Below are positions 22,701 through 34,800 of a DNA stretch of 64,000 nucleotides, in pieces. Made by a program: the position numbers and the translations under genes. Position 1 is the first letter of the stretch, and the number at the start of each line of letters is the position of its first letter. The stretch comes from Aplysia californica (lineage: Eukaryota): the NCBI RefSeq assembly GCF_000002075.1, contig NW_004797694.1:29934-93933 (forward strand), given 5' to 3'. The notes below the pieces were generated by a model. That model was not told the origin of the DNA, ran no database searches, and saw only the letters and a program-made list of their open reading frames with translations.

Positions 22701-24394
22701 CCTGCAGGATTCTATCGGTGAGCTCACTTGTCCTGCTCAGGCAATATGTGTTTATAACAAGCATACTATATATCTATGATTTTTTAAAATTCCGCTCAGG
22801 TCAGTCAAGAAGAAATGAGATGTACTTCAACTTCGAGAGGAAAAGGAAATCTCAAACTGTTATACAAGAGACGTGTATTGATGTCTAACGAGAGTCAATA
22901 CAGTGGCACTGTCAGTGGATAATTCTCCGTCTCTGTCTTTATTAATTGGCAAGAGGGGGCTGAATGCAGATATGTCAGTTTTGCTCACATTTGTCTTTTT
23001 TTAGTTTTGTTTGTTATCAGTCATGAGGTTTTATTTCACATCTTTAATTCTAAGATTTTACAAGACATTGATAGAACAAAATTTTATAGAACTGCAAATG
23101 TTCAATGTAGGTTAAGATTTCTTTATTTGAATAGATAGGTATTTGTGTGTAAGCGAGTTGGATCATCAGGTTTATAACCTTCATAATTTTCTAGAAATGG
23201 GTCTGTAAGGGTAATTCCAACTGTTGCAACTTCAGTTATAGATAAAAGTTTATCCCCTCTTTCCCTTTCTTGTACTTGTATAAGTAGGCCTAGTTGGGAT
23301 GTCATGTACATGAGTTTAGCTTCTCTTTTCTTGACTGTCAACTGAAAAGTTATTTTTAAAATACTTATGAGTTTTTGTTTATAAATCCATTGTCATTTTA
23401 TTTTTATTTTCTCTGATTCCAAAATCGTGATTTTTTACTCTCGAAATTACTTTTGAAGTTTTAGATTTTCCTGTTGTCACCGTGAATGTTTTTAACTCAC
23501 TAGAAATTCATTAAATCTGATTCCGGAAATCCAGATAAAAACTTCAGAAGGGAAAGAGCTTGTAATCCCATTTCAACATGCAGGTTAAAAAAAACAACCT
23601 TCAGACTTTAAAAAAAAAAAAATCTATGACTATGACACTCACACCTTCTGTAAGTGTTCTCCTATGTGAATCGACAGTGTGCTCAAACCCTGACTAAAGA
23701 TAAGATGATACTTTATTGTCCCATTGGGAAACTTGTTGTAAAGTGCTGTAAAAAACTAAACTCGTTTTTTGACTCAAACTATGATGAAAGTGCTGTAAAA
23801 CTCTAAACTCCTTATACATGTCTCAAACCGTGATGAAACTGCTACAAAAAAACTAAACTCCCCGTGTGTGTGTGTCTCAAACCCTGATGAAAGTGCTGTA
23901 AAAAACTAAACTCCCCGTGCGTATCTCTCCCTTATGAAAGTGCTGTAAAAAAATAAACTCCCTGTGTGTCTCAAACCCTGATGAAAGTACTGTAAAAAAC
24001 TAAACTCCCTGTGCAATTCAAACCTTGATGAAAGTGCTGTAAAAAACTAAACTCCCTGTGTGTGTCTCAAACCCTGATGAAAGTGCTGTAAAAACACTAA
24101 ACTCCCTGTGTGACTCAAACCCTGATGAAAGTGCTGTAAAAAACTAAACTCCCTGTGTGTGTATCTCTCTCCTTGTCCCCTGCAGGAGGTGACGCCAAGC
24201 TGCTAGTCCTACTGTGTGTGTCCCCGGCACAGCGCTACATCACCGAGTCGCTCCAGTGTCTGGGCTTTGGTCAGCGGGCCAGGCAGGTGCAGAGAGGACC
24301 CACCAAACGCCGTCTGCCATCCTCCGTGGAAAAAGTGACCGCTGCCGATGGACAGAGCAGTAGCAGGATGCGGTCTGGTTCTTCCTCTCGCTAG
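10045..24394 (+). CDS. KIF25: Kinesin-14 family C-terminal motor protein, KIF25-like (14 exons, about 590 aa)
   Basis: Exons 10045-10113, 11910-12098, 12989-13127, 13706-13809, 14295-14383, 14734-14776, 15432-15484, 16668-16742, 17368-17517, 18885-19046, 20592-20776, 21692-21841, 22562-22717, 24186-24394. All are GT-AG with compatible phases, 1773 nt total. Motifs: kinesin-14 neck [13 protein letters not shown]-loop [10 protein letters not shown], switch I HSSRSH, switch [15 protein letters not shown] (KIF25-type), [10 protein letters not shown], and N-terminal [13 protein letters not shown] coiled coil. Confidence 0.9.
10245..10860. mobile_element. Non-autonomous DNA transposon with ~65-bp imperfect inverted ends in KIF25 intron 1
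   Basis: 10260-10319 is the imperfect reverse complement of 10781-10838; it starts ttaaaggg. Confidence 0.5.
12280..12474 (+). mobile_element. Family A retroposon copy in KIF25 intron 2
   Basis: Same consensus; TSD tgagtctgagg at 12269-12279 and 12475-12485. Confidence 0.85.
13475..13665. repeat. ~97-bp direct tandem duplication upstream of KIF25 exon 4
   Basis: tgaaacta(g/a)gatgttcagtaggtc...tcacctgtattatac occurs twice. Confidence 0.8.
15983..16650. repeat. 14-bp minisatellite (caatgtgtattgtt)n, more than 45 units
   Basis: Direct inspection; it ends about 17 nt before KIF25 exon 8. Confidence 0.95.
17915..18245. repeat. ~54-57-bp minisatellite
   Basis: ggttcttcaatagagcgtatcatttccccatcatatggatagaggt occurs about 6 times, with divergence. 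Confidence 0.85.
20160..20330 (+). mobile_element. Degraded family A copy
   Basis: tgctctgatgttgtttgctc...gttgcaagtgtcacaaaactc, diverged from the consensus. Confidence 0.7.
20399..20585 (+). mobile_element. Family A copy inserted at the KIF25 exon 11 acceptor
   Basis: 15-bp perfect TSD caccaggcctgtgga at 20384-20398 and 20586-20600. Confidence 0.9.
22343..22524 (+). mobile_element. Family A copy about 37 nt upstream of the KIF25 exon 13 acceptor
   Basis: Full-length consensus; imperfect TSD ctgactc(t)ccct. Confidence 0.85.
23740..24165. repeat. ~40-bp minisatellite abutting the KIF25 last-exon acceptor
   Basis: ctcaaaccctgatgaaagtgctgtaaaaaactaaactccctgtg occurs about 10 times. Confidence 0.9.
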
Positions 24395-24415
24395 AAGGAT
24401 TTTTGTCCCTGCTAT

Positions 24416-24608
24416 TCAACAATATAGGCCTTACTTGAGATTTTGTCTCTGCTACATGTGTAGACAACAATATTATAGGCTTTTCTTGAGATTTTGTCTC
24501 TGCTACATGGGTAGACAACAATATAGGCCTTACTTGAGATTTTGTCTCTGCTACATGTGTAGACAACAATATTATAGGCTTTTCTTGAGATTTTGTCTCT
24601 ACTACATC
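24416..24608. repeat. ~48-51-bp tandem repeat in the KIF25 3' UTR
   Basis: caacaatat(tat)aggc..cttgagattttgtctctgctacatg occurs 4 times, with a further unit near 24760. Confidence 0.85.
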
Positions 24609-25544
24609 GAGACCTCAGTGCTTTCTTGTAGTATCTTCATTTTTTTTTTACATTGAAAATGTGACTTTTCTTAAGCTCACTCTTTGGTATGAACTGTTTT
24701 CTCTGTTCAATAAAATGGAGATGCAACAAGAAAGCTCTGAGGTTGCAACACGTGTGATGCAACAATATAGGCCTTACGTGAGATTTTGTCTCTACTACAT
24801 ATGTATACAATATAGGCCTCACTTGTGCCAGTGTCAGGTCAAAGGCTACCATTGGGTCATCCATGGTTGGGAAGCTGGTCAATAATATCCAAGTTTGGGC
24901 GTCTGATTTAAGAGTGACCCGCATTCTTTCTCCTGGAGAGAGACAGACAGACAGCATGACAGACTAATGCCAGAAACAGAGAGAGACGGACAGAACGAGT
25001 ATGTGAGTGTGCTTGATGGAATGAGTGAGAGAGTTATTAAACGAAAAGGATAGAGAGAGTGAGAAAGTGAATGATTGAGAGCTTTGGAAGAATATATGCA
25101 TACAGAGTGAAAAAGGAGGGAAGACTAAGACTTGCTTAGCCGAAGTCAGCCATTTCACTGACAATGCTTCTCTCATTCTCCTACGCCAATACCTGAATTA
25201 TCAAAAAGTGTGCGGTTTGTTGTAATGTTGTCCTCACACATATATATTATGTAGTCTATATGATATACACATATCTACCTTGAATGATAGCTTTGTGCCT
25301 TTTAGTCACAGCAGAGTGAAATTTTGTTCATAACCCAAAAGGGTACTGTTGATATAAATAATATATAAATTAAACTTCCATTCCATACGCGGTTCCGTCC
25401 ATACAGTTGACTCTCTGCTGTGTCATTTGCCAAGAATAAATCAACCTAGAAACATATACTGTATAGAGTTGTTTTGTTTCTGTTGTTCGTGATCTTGTCA
25501 CAGAAGGACTGTAGAGTAGACTTTTGCTGCTGTCACAGAGTGAT

Positions 25545-26052
25545 GGGGGACTCTCCTGGTCTAGAGGTACGGTGTTCCCCTTTCATTCAATAGGTCTCGG
25601 GTTTGAATTCCGAAAGTGACGAAAGATTTTCTCTAAAGTTTTCTTTCATCTCCTTTCCTACTCTCTCTCTCTCTAGTCATGTTCTTTTGTCTGCTTTCAT
25701 CTCTACTTTCTGCTTCCTCCCTTCTCTAGATTCCTCTCTCTTTCTGCTGCTACTTCTTGGCTCAATCTTACTGCTGTCTTTTCAGCCACACCCCTGATCT
25801 TAGAGTAGGTAAAATCGAACACCTAGCCTTCTCAGATAAGGATGAAAAAATCGATGAGGTCCTGTGGGCAAATTGCGCTCGTTAAAGATTCCTTAATGGT
25901 CCTATATAATCGATAAGAGCAGGCTTCAGCTGCCAACCAAGCAAAATAAAAAATTTATTCCTTCCAAAGCTGAAAACAACCAACTAGCGTCCTACACGCT
26001 TATATGATCCTTACGCTGTTGCAAGTGCCGTAAAACCTCTTTCCAAAACAAA
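25545..26052 (+). mobile_element. Diverged family B tRNA-SINE
   Basis: Head ggactctcctggtctagagg...gggtttgaattcc, body ttcagccacacccctgatc, tail gcaagtgccgtaaaac. Confidence 0.7.
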
Positions 26053-26869
26053 ACAGAATGTTGGTATGTAACAAAACTATCCAGTGTAAGAGACAGGTGG
26101 CTTTGTGGAATGTAACAAGCACAGGCTCAAACTCCAATCACAGAGCAGTAAGCCACTATATTGTTTTAACAACTGTGTCGAACAGGAAAGAACCCGAAAG
26201 AACAAAACAGGAAAGACCAGAACCCCCCCTCCCCCCCGACAAGATTCACACCAAGAACACAAAAGAACCCCAAAAACACAAGATTCACACCAAAAACAGG
26301 AAAGAACCCAAAAGAATACAAGATTCACACCATGAACAGGAAAGGAAAAAAACCCCCAAAACCCACAAGATTTACACAAAAAACAAACAACAATTGTGTT
26401 TTTTCAAGAGAAAATCTTTTAATTGTAAGATGAAGGCACAACATTTCAGCAGGGGCCAGTGCGGCCAGACAGGTCTGAGTACACAGTTGACAAAAGTCTA
26501 TGACAGTGTGTTTTAATTGTACTAATAGAGCAAATATTGCAGAATACACTGTCCAGTAGAATCAATGTGTTGTAGTAATAGTACTAATACTAATAGAGCA
26601 AAAATTGCCGAGAGCACTGTTCAATAGAGTCCATAATGTATTGTAGTAATAGAGCAAATATTGCTGATTACCATCAACTGTAGATTACCTGGGGTAACAG
26701 CTGTATTATTAGTAGAATTAATTAGAAAAAATATCTTAGAGGAATAAAATGTCCGATTTTTCTCTAAATTTTTACAAGTGTAAAGTGGGTCGTGTCAGTA
26801 TCTAATTAAAACAAATTTCACTTTTTGAGTCATGTCTTGACGCCATTATCTTGTCATCAAAGTCTTCTG

Positions 26870-27050
26870 GTCAGTGGCTTGATGTGAGTGTCTTAACATC
26901 GCGGTCTTGTCGTCAGTAGCTTGATGTGAGTGTCTTATAGCTTAACATCGCCGTCTTGTTGTCAGTAGCTTGATGCGAGTGTCTTAACATCGCGGTCTTG
27001 TCGTCAGTAGCTTGATGCGAGTGTCTTAACATCGCGGTCTTGTCGTCAGT
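26870..27050. repeat. ~37-bp minisatellite
   Basis: gtcagtagcttgatg(t/c)gagtgtcttaacatcgcggtcttgtc occurs 4-5 times. Confidence 0.85.
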
Positions 27051-27108
27051 CGTCTCAAAAGTAGCTTTCTATCAGTGTCTCGACATCCGTGAATGTCTTG
27101 GACGTCAG

Positions 27109-27285
27109 TTTAGTTTTAGTAGAGGTTTTACGGCGCTCGCAACTGCATAAGGTCATATGAGCGCCAGAAGATTAGAGCTGTTACAAGAGAGCAACAAACA
27201 TAAAAAAGAAGGAGGGGAGAAAAGGACGATAGATGTTTTACAGGAAAGAAGAAGCAAACCACACCAGAGCACCCGCCAACCACCC
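27109..27285 (-). mobile_element. Family A copy (GGCGCTC-stem subfamily)
   Basis: TSD tcttgga(c/t)gtcag at 27096-27108 and 27286-27298. Confidence 0.85.
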
Positions 27286-27496
27286 TCTTGGATGTCAGGG
27301 GTAGAAAAGAAATGAAAACTTGAAAAAAAAAAAAAAAATCAATATAAAAACACTTTTTAAAAAACAGACAATAAAAGTAAAAGAACTCTACATTAAAAAA
27401 AAAAAATTAAGTCAATTAAAACAAGAGCCGAAGGGCATGTTGTATAAAAATGTGCACATGCATGTGTACAAACAAACTGACTGTCTAATGTCACTT

Positions 27497-27685
27497 TTTT
27501 AGTTTTTTTAGTTTTAGTAGAGGTTTTACGGCGCTCGCAACTGTATAAGGTCATATGAGCGCCAGAAGATTAGAGGTGTTACAAGAGAGTAACAAACATA
27601 AAAAAGAACAAGGGGAGATAAGGACGATAGGTGTTTGATAGGAAAGAAGGAGCAAACCAGACCAGAGCACCCGCCAACCACCCAC
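27497..27685 (-). mobile_element. Family A copy (GGCGCTC-stem subfamily)
   Basis: TSD atgtcactt at 27488-27496 and 27686-27694. Confidence 0.85.
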
Positions 27686-30576
27686 ATGTCACTTAAAAAA
27701 ATAATTCCCGCCCAAAAATACAAAATAAAACTTTTATAATATATCAACATTCTATCTTTTGTTTGGCGCAGGAATCAAATTTATCAGTGTATGAGGACCT
27801 CCAGGTCATTGGGTTTTTTTTCTCATTCCTTTCTGTGAGACTTTACACAGCAAGTCGAGAAACATATCATGTGCATAAAAAGATTGTTCTGCAAAGTTAA
27901 ATATTATATAAATCTTTCTTCTTTATCAGCCAAGGCACATATCGTTAATTTCAAAATATTACCAGTCTGATAAGACTTTGATACATGTGTAAAGAAAACT
28001 TTATAGAAGTATATATATATTATATACACGAAAAATCAACTGCTAGACCCGTTCACTGACAATGCTGAAAAAGACAAATGTCTGAAAATAAGGCATCAAT
28101 ATAACAGTAGGGAGCTGTCTCAGTCACTTATAAAACACGCAAGTCACAAAGAGGTCACACAAAGGTCATGAGCAGAACAAAGAGGTTATTATAGGCAGAG
28201 CACAGATGTCACACACAGGTCAGGCGTAAAGCACAGAGGCCGCTTGTAGACCACGCAAGTCATTAGAAGAATATAAAATATAACTTGAAAAAAAAAAGAC
28301 CAGTTCAATAACACAGGATTTCACTTCACTAACCAAGTTCACAATATCAAAACTTGTTCACTGTCAGCCTTTATCACTTCATGAAAAGAACTCTTCTTAG
28401 CTCTGCAGCATAATGTGTGTGTGTGTGTGTGAATGTGTATCTTTTCCTGGGCGGGGAAGGGGGATTGGGGGGGGGGGGGGGGGGGGGGAAGAAGGGGTGC
28501 ATTAATAATAAAAAGGAAAAAGTGAAAGGATAAAGTGAAAATGCAACTCTCTGACATGAAGAAAAAGCAAACAATTAAAAAACAACCCAAAAAAACTCTA
28601 CACTCCTTTTCTTCTAGAAGTGAAACAGAATTCCCTCTCGCTTCCGTCGGTCATTTTGCTCTCACTGGTCAATCCCCTGTGGATGCTGGACTGGTCATCT
28701 GACAAATCTGTCAACACACCTGTACAGTACAGGGGGGGGGGGGCGGGGGGGGGGGTGTACAACACGAACAAACAGCCCGCTACAACGACAGGAACTTTTC
28801 TTGGCCGTTGGCGAGAGTGGAATGAAAAGCGAAACAATAATAATGATAATTATAATGACTGCATTTTTAGCCCATATCCATGCTCGACAGCATGCTCTAT
28901 GCACTTTATAACTAATATTACCCCAACAGACCCAAGAACACTCAGAAACATTCTTGGCTTCCCGGGAGCGTTCAAAATCTAAAGCAGAGCAAAACCTCTA
29001 CGAACACTGAACAAATGAAGCAATCTGGGAATAATTGTGCTTTCAAAACTCTCTAAGGGAATAAGAACTTTATCCCAGATTACAGGTCTCGAAGAAGAGA
29101 GTCTGACCAGGTCTTACAATGGTGCCACTGACCTCATAAGTAATAGTACCAGACTCTGTTGAAGCAAAACGTGTTGAGAAATTTTTATATACACGTAATA
29201 TTATGTTCTACGTATACACCTGTCAAGTAATTTTAAAATATGGTATCTCTTTGACTGTGATGGGCATTGAGAAATCTTTGAAAGTAAAAATATGCAGCAT
29301 AAATGCTGTTTATTACTATTATTATTTAGATAATAATAATAATTGCATTCCTATAGCACGCATCTACGCTCTAGGGCATTTTCAATGCATTTTACAGTCA
29401 CTATTATTATTATTATTATAATTATAATCATTATAATTATTATATATCTATTATCATTGTGTTCATTATTATTACATTCGGATAAAATAATTGGAACATA
29501 ATATAGCAAGCATAAATGATATGATACCAAGCACTGAATGTGACTGGAATTTGTTTGCATGAAAGCAATGTAGCGCACAGCTAAGGTGTAAAATACAGCA
29601 AGGGCACATGATGTCTCAAAGTACAGACATATATAAGCAGGAACGACAGTTGCCACACTCAGTGTAAAGAAAAACGGTTCGTTCCCACTAGGGAAAACCA
29701 ACCTTTCTTAGATTTCTCATGCACAAATAGACACACTTAGTAGATCTACAGCATTCTGAAATAGCAACCAAGCAGTGATATCTTAGATCTTTGTTTCAGA
29801 ATTTTTCCCAGAAGAAGAGCCTTTTAATCGTAATAGTAACACTTGGTTGAAAGAAAATGAGGCTAAAGTTAGAGATCCATATATCTTTCAAACAGCCTGC
29901 GAGAGGTACCTAGTCTACTCTAAACTATGGTCTTCTCAGAAGACGAGAACATTCAAATTGTGTAATTATCTAAGGCCCCCTCCGAGATGAACAAAAATAC
30001 TTTCTGCTGAGTCAGCTCATATCAAGTTAATAAGTAAACTTATCAGAGATCCTAATCTGTTACTTTTGATGGCAAAGATTCTCCAACTGTCCATGCATCC
30101 ATAGCACACCAGAGGAGTGAGGAAAAAATGACAGATTGGTCCCAGAACAGGCACAGAGGGTTGGTTAGTCAGCCATCCCGCGTGGCAAACTGAATGATTC
30201 AAATTTCTGATACAGTCAAACCTGCTCTCGCAGCCAGTTGTGTAAGACACAATCCCCTGTACAAGTGGCCACTTCCCATTTCCTTTCTTGCGATATTTTT
30301 ACATTATATAAAATTATTATAACATTTTGTAAGATGGCCACTTTTCTCTTCAACAATGGCCGGCCGTCTTAGACAATTTTGACTGGGTATATATATATAT
30401 GTCTTCCATGTCTCCTTCATTTTGTTAAAAATAGTAACAATTACTCGGCAGTCAGACAACATTATAATAGACAACATGGAGACAAAACATATATTCTGAT
30501 CTTCAAAGCAAAATATTTTCTGATCTTCAACCAAAAGAATCTTGATAAAACATTTCCTAATCTTCAACAAGGCAAT

Positions 30577-30622
<46 letters not shown>

Positions 30623-31821
30623 TTCACCTGTGCAACAGATGGGAGACTAATAATCCCACAAAGTAATTTTGTGTGTGTGTGTAAAACGTTGTGATCAGTT
30701 TGAGCAACGTCCCCCATAGACAGAACTGAAAAGACTAGCATGCTCTGATAGTGCACATCCGAAAATATCTGGTAAAATTATAAAAAATCTTTTAAAAGTA
30801 AGTAGCAGTTATTTTTCCTATAATAAACAAAGCACCTTGATAAAAAATGTTTAAAAATACGTCAAGTTTAAGACAACAGCACACACATTTAGGTCGTTTC
30901 ATCAAATCAATCCCATCGAAGAAACAAACAAAATCTGATGAGAGCTAGAAAACTTGTTCACACAAGTATGGGACTAGTAGACCAATCAAAAATACAAAAC
31001 TAAAAAAGAACATATGAGTAAGCATGAAAGGTTCACTTATCATTATGAAGTGAGGTCTTTTGGTAGTATTATGACGTCTTATTACAAAAAATAAGCCTGA
31101 GATTGAACTAATAACACATTTTGAGTAACAAATCAGCAGTTTGAACTTCCAGTTTGAGCACATCGAAGAATTAAAAATCTTCCTCCCAAAAACACTCCAC
31201 TATCAGTAGGATCGTTCTCTACCACAGTCCTGAACTGTGTGTTCTTACTGCGTTTGTTTGTTTATTTGTTTGTTTGTTGTTTGAGTTCATGAGATGCCTT
31301 CACACCTCACTCCGCCTAAGGGAACCAACGACAATGTTTCCTTTCCGAATTTACTTTCTTTTAGTTCTTTAATCGGTGTTCTTTCTTTTTTTGAGTGGAT
31401 TTTTTATCGTTTGTTCGGTTATTGATGTGTTTTTGTATTTTTATTATCATTTTATTTTTTTTATTTTTTTAAAAAAGAGGTGAGGCAGGGGAAGGGGGAT
31501 GGGGTCAATCAATCAGTCGCCTTGTTTTGGCATTGGTTAACACTTTGCAGTGACTTGGCGCAATAATGCACCAGTGAAAATTATCCATTCCAGTCACCTG
31601 GCCGACTTCTGCGCCAGGCTCGAAAAGTCCGTTCCAGTCACTCTTCTGGCTGGGTGAACAGATGGGGTATTTTGTACTGCTGGCTGTGTGACTGCAAAGT
31701 GTTAAGCAAAAGATCCTACAAAAGTATGAACATTATCTTAATACTGCGCTTCCCCTCAACTCAAACAGACTAAAACATCCCTTCCCCCACACAAGAGTTA
31801 TCCCCCGCACACAAGCGCCGC

Positions 31822-34800
31822 TCAGCCCAGTGAGAACTTATGCAGCCACTGTACGATGGGGTGATAGCAGAGCTGAGCGGCATTCTCGCCCCACACAAAG
31901 TCCAGATGGTTCCAACCGTCGAGGACCACCCACGATATCACATCAGGGAGAGAATTCAACAGCGCAGAGGCATCCTGGAAGAACAGAGAGAAAACAAAAT
32001 GAAACAAATGACAACTTGCAGTATCGTCTTCAAGGCAAAGTTTTTGTTTCCCACTTCTCATCTTCAGTCCCCACATGGTCACAGTTTAGTTTTTAAAAAG
32101 AGGTTTGCAGCACTTGCAACATATAGGTCATATATGTGGCACAGTTTGAGGTGTTACTAGAGAGTAAACTTACAAACAAAAGGAGGAGGAGAGATAAGGA
32201 TGACAGATGTTTGATAGAAAAGAAGGAGCAGGACCACACCAGAGCACCCGCGAACCACACATGGGCACAGTGTCAGAACCACCAACACAAACATTACACA
32301 CCACATTGAAGGCACAATAACTTCCCAGACATATCTACATGTGGCAATCCAGAAGCTACTACAGGCTGTAACATTCATATGGGAGGTTGGAAATTGCTGC
32401 AGATGGGTCTAATTTCTTCCTTATATATCAGGGGGTATTTTTTAGGGGGGGGGTAATTAAGTATACTTCAACTCTATTCATCACAGCAAGCAAAAAAAGA
32501 AGAAGAAGAAAAAGAANNNNNNNNNNNNNNNNNNNNNNNNNNNNNNNNNNNNNNNNNNNNNNNNNNNNNNNNNNNNNNNNNNNNNNNNNNNNNNNNNNNN
32601 NNNNNNNNNNNNNNNNNNNNNNNNNNNNNNNNNNNNNNNNNNNNNNNNNNNNNNNNNNNNNNNNNNNNNNNNNNNNNNNNNNNNNNNNNNNNNNNNNNNN
32701 NNNNNNNNNNNNNNNNNNNNNNNNNNNNNNNNNNNNNNNNNNNNNNNNNNNNNNNNNNNNNNNNNNNNNNNNNNNNNNNNNNNNNNNNNNNNNNNNNNNN
32801 NNNNNNNNNNNNNNNNNNNNNNNNNNNTGAACATCTATTTATGAGAAACCTTGACCAGCAATATTACTTTAAAGACAAGATAGGAATATGCTGAAACATA
32901 CAGGAACAAACATACCACAGAAAATATTACTTTTCACAAAACAAGATAAAAAAGACAACCCCATTGCATGTTGAAAAAGAAGAAAAAGCTAGAGGCCTCA
33001 GTATGAAGAACTTTCGCTCCTACTCGTCTTCTAATCTCCTGAGCTATGTTTTCTCCAAGAGAAGAGTCACGGAGATGGATGTACAGAAAAGTAGGAAGAC
33101 ATGGAGTGGCATCAAGCGACTAGCCCAGGACATGGAAAGGTGGAAAGTGTTTGTTCGTGGCCTATATATATATATATTTATGAAAATAACAATCATGATG
33201 ATGGTAATCAAACACAAAAGACACAACAGAGAGGCGAACCTCTGGGTCAGAGAGCCAGTCGTCGGTACCGGTGAACGCCAGGACAGGCACAGTGATGTTG
33301 GTGACGACATACTCTGGTGGGCTCGTCTGAAACAAACAGGACAATGCGAAGGTCGCGTTTGAAACAAGCAAGTCTGAGGAGCATACTAGATCAAATCCAT
33401 ACACTCGTAAAGCCAAGAAACACATTCATAAAGCCTTACACAAACACAAACACAAACATACAGCCTAACATACGCACATACACANNNNNNNNNNNNNNNN
33501 NNNNNNNNNNNNNNNNNNNNNNNNNNNNNNNNNNNNNNNNNNNNNNNNNNNNNNNNNNNNNNNNNNNNNNNNNNNNNNNNNNNNNNNNNNNNNNNNNNNN
33601 NNNNNNNNNNNNNNNNNNNNCAGTCGAGGGAAAAAAAGGAAGTTGTGAATGTAAAAGATTTTTTGCCAACAAACATTGTTTACGTTAAATTTAAAGCCTT
33701 CCCATTTTTTCTTGTAGCACATTGGCTGTTGAACTTGACGTTGTATCATCATATACGAAGTATTTATAATATCTTGGGTAATCTTGAACTCAATCAGATG
33801 AGTCTATTTATAGACCTAAAGGCCCTACATCTCCCTGCAGAGTGGAGATGGTAAAAGTAAAATAAAAACCAACAGGAAAAGAAAAGCTGCAGCAACTGTT
33901 GAATTGTGCTGAATAGAACGCAAAAGAATATCAGCTGGATCAATAATAACAACAACAACAACAACAGCAACAACAACAATAAGAACCTTCAGCCATGAAC
34001 CCACCTGGTTGTAATGTTTCATATTTTCAGAAGGAGAGCCAAAGTCATACATGAGGAACTTCTTCTCCCGGTAAATCTATAACATCAAACAAAAACAAGA
34101 TCCGTTATTTATGTCATATCTACGTCATCCTCATAAAATGGCAAATCAGCAATCAGCAAGACACAGTCGTTTTCAATGAGTAAAGAATAAAATTGGAAGG
34201 AGTAAAAGTACTCCATATACAGGCCATCCTTAATCCACTAAAGAGAAGTATAACGCTTAAATTGGTCGCTTTTAAGCACAAGGGGGGCTATCCCGAAAAA
34301 TGCTGTTTTGAGAAAATCGAAGGTTAAGATTTTGCCCCTTGTTCGGTTTCTTTAAAAGACAAGGAGAGTTTTCTCTATAACCAAACAAATATATACAACA
34401 ATGAAACCAAACTTCTCCTATAGGTAGGACAATGCCCATTTTGGTGTAGGTAAAGATTAGTGGAAACCCCTGAAATCTGGGTTCGCCCGCTTGTCCTTAA
34501 AAGCAACCAATTATTAACTGCACATTTGACAATTTTGGCAATGCAAAAAGAAAAACAACCCCCCCNNNNNNNNNNNNNNNNNNNNNNNNNNNNNNNNNNN
34601 NNNNNNNNNNNNNNNNNNNNNNNNNNNNNNNNNNNNNNNNNNNNNNNNNNNNNNNNNNNNNNNNNNNNNNNNNNNNNCCAATGCACAAAAAAAAAAATCA
34701 GTATGCATTCATAAGGAGACACAAACACATGAAGCCATCCATAAAAAATAGATAAAGACTCACTAAAAAGAGAAATTGCTCAAACAACTCAGACACCTAC

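Noticed and set aside
23740-24608. Regularly spaced 37-50-bp repeats resembling a CRISPR array (also 26870-27050 and 2121-2275)
   Set aside because: No unique spacers, no cas genes, and a eukaryotic intronic or UTR context; they are plain minisatellites.
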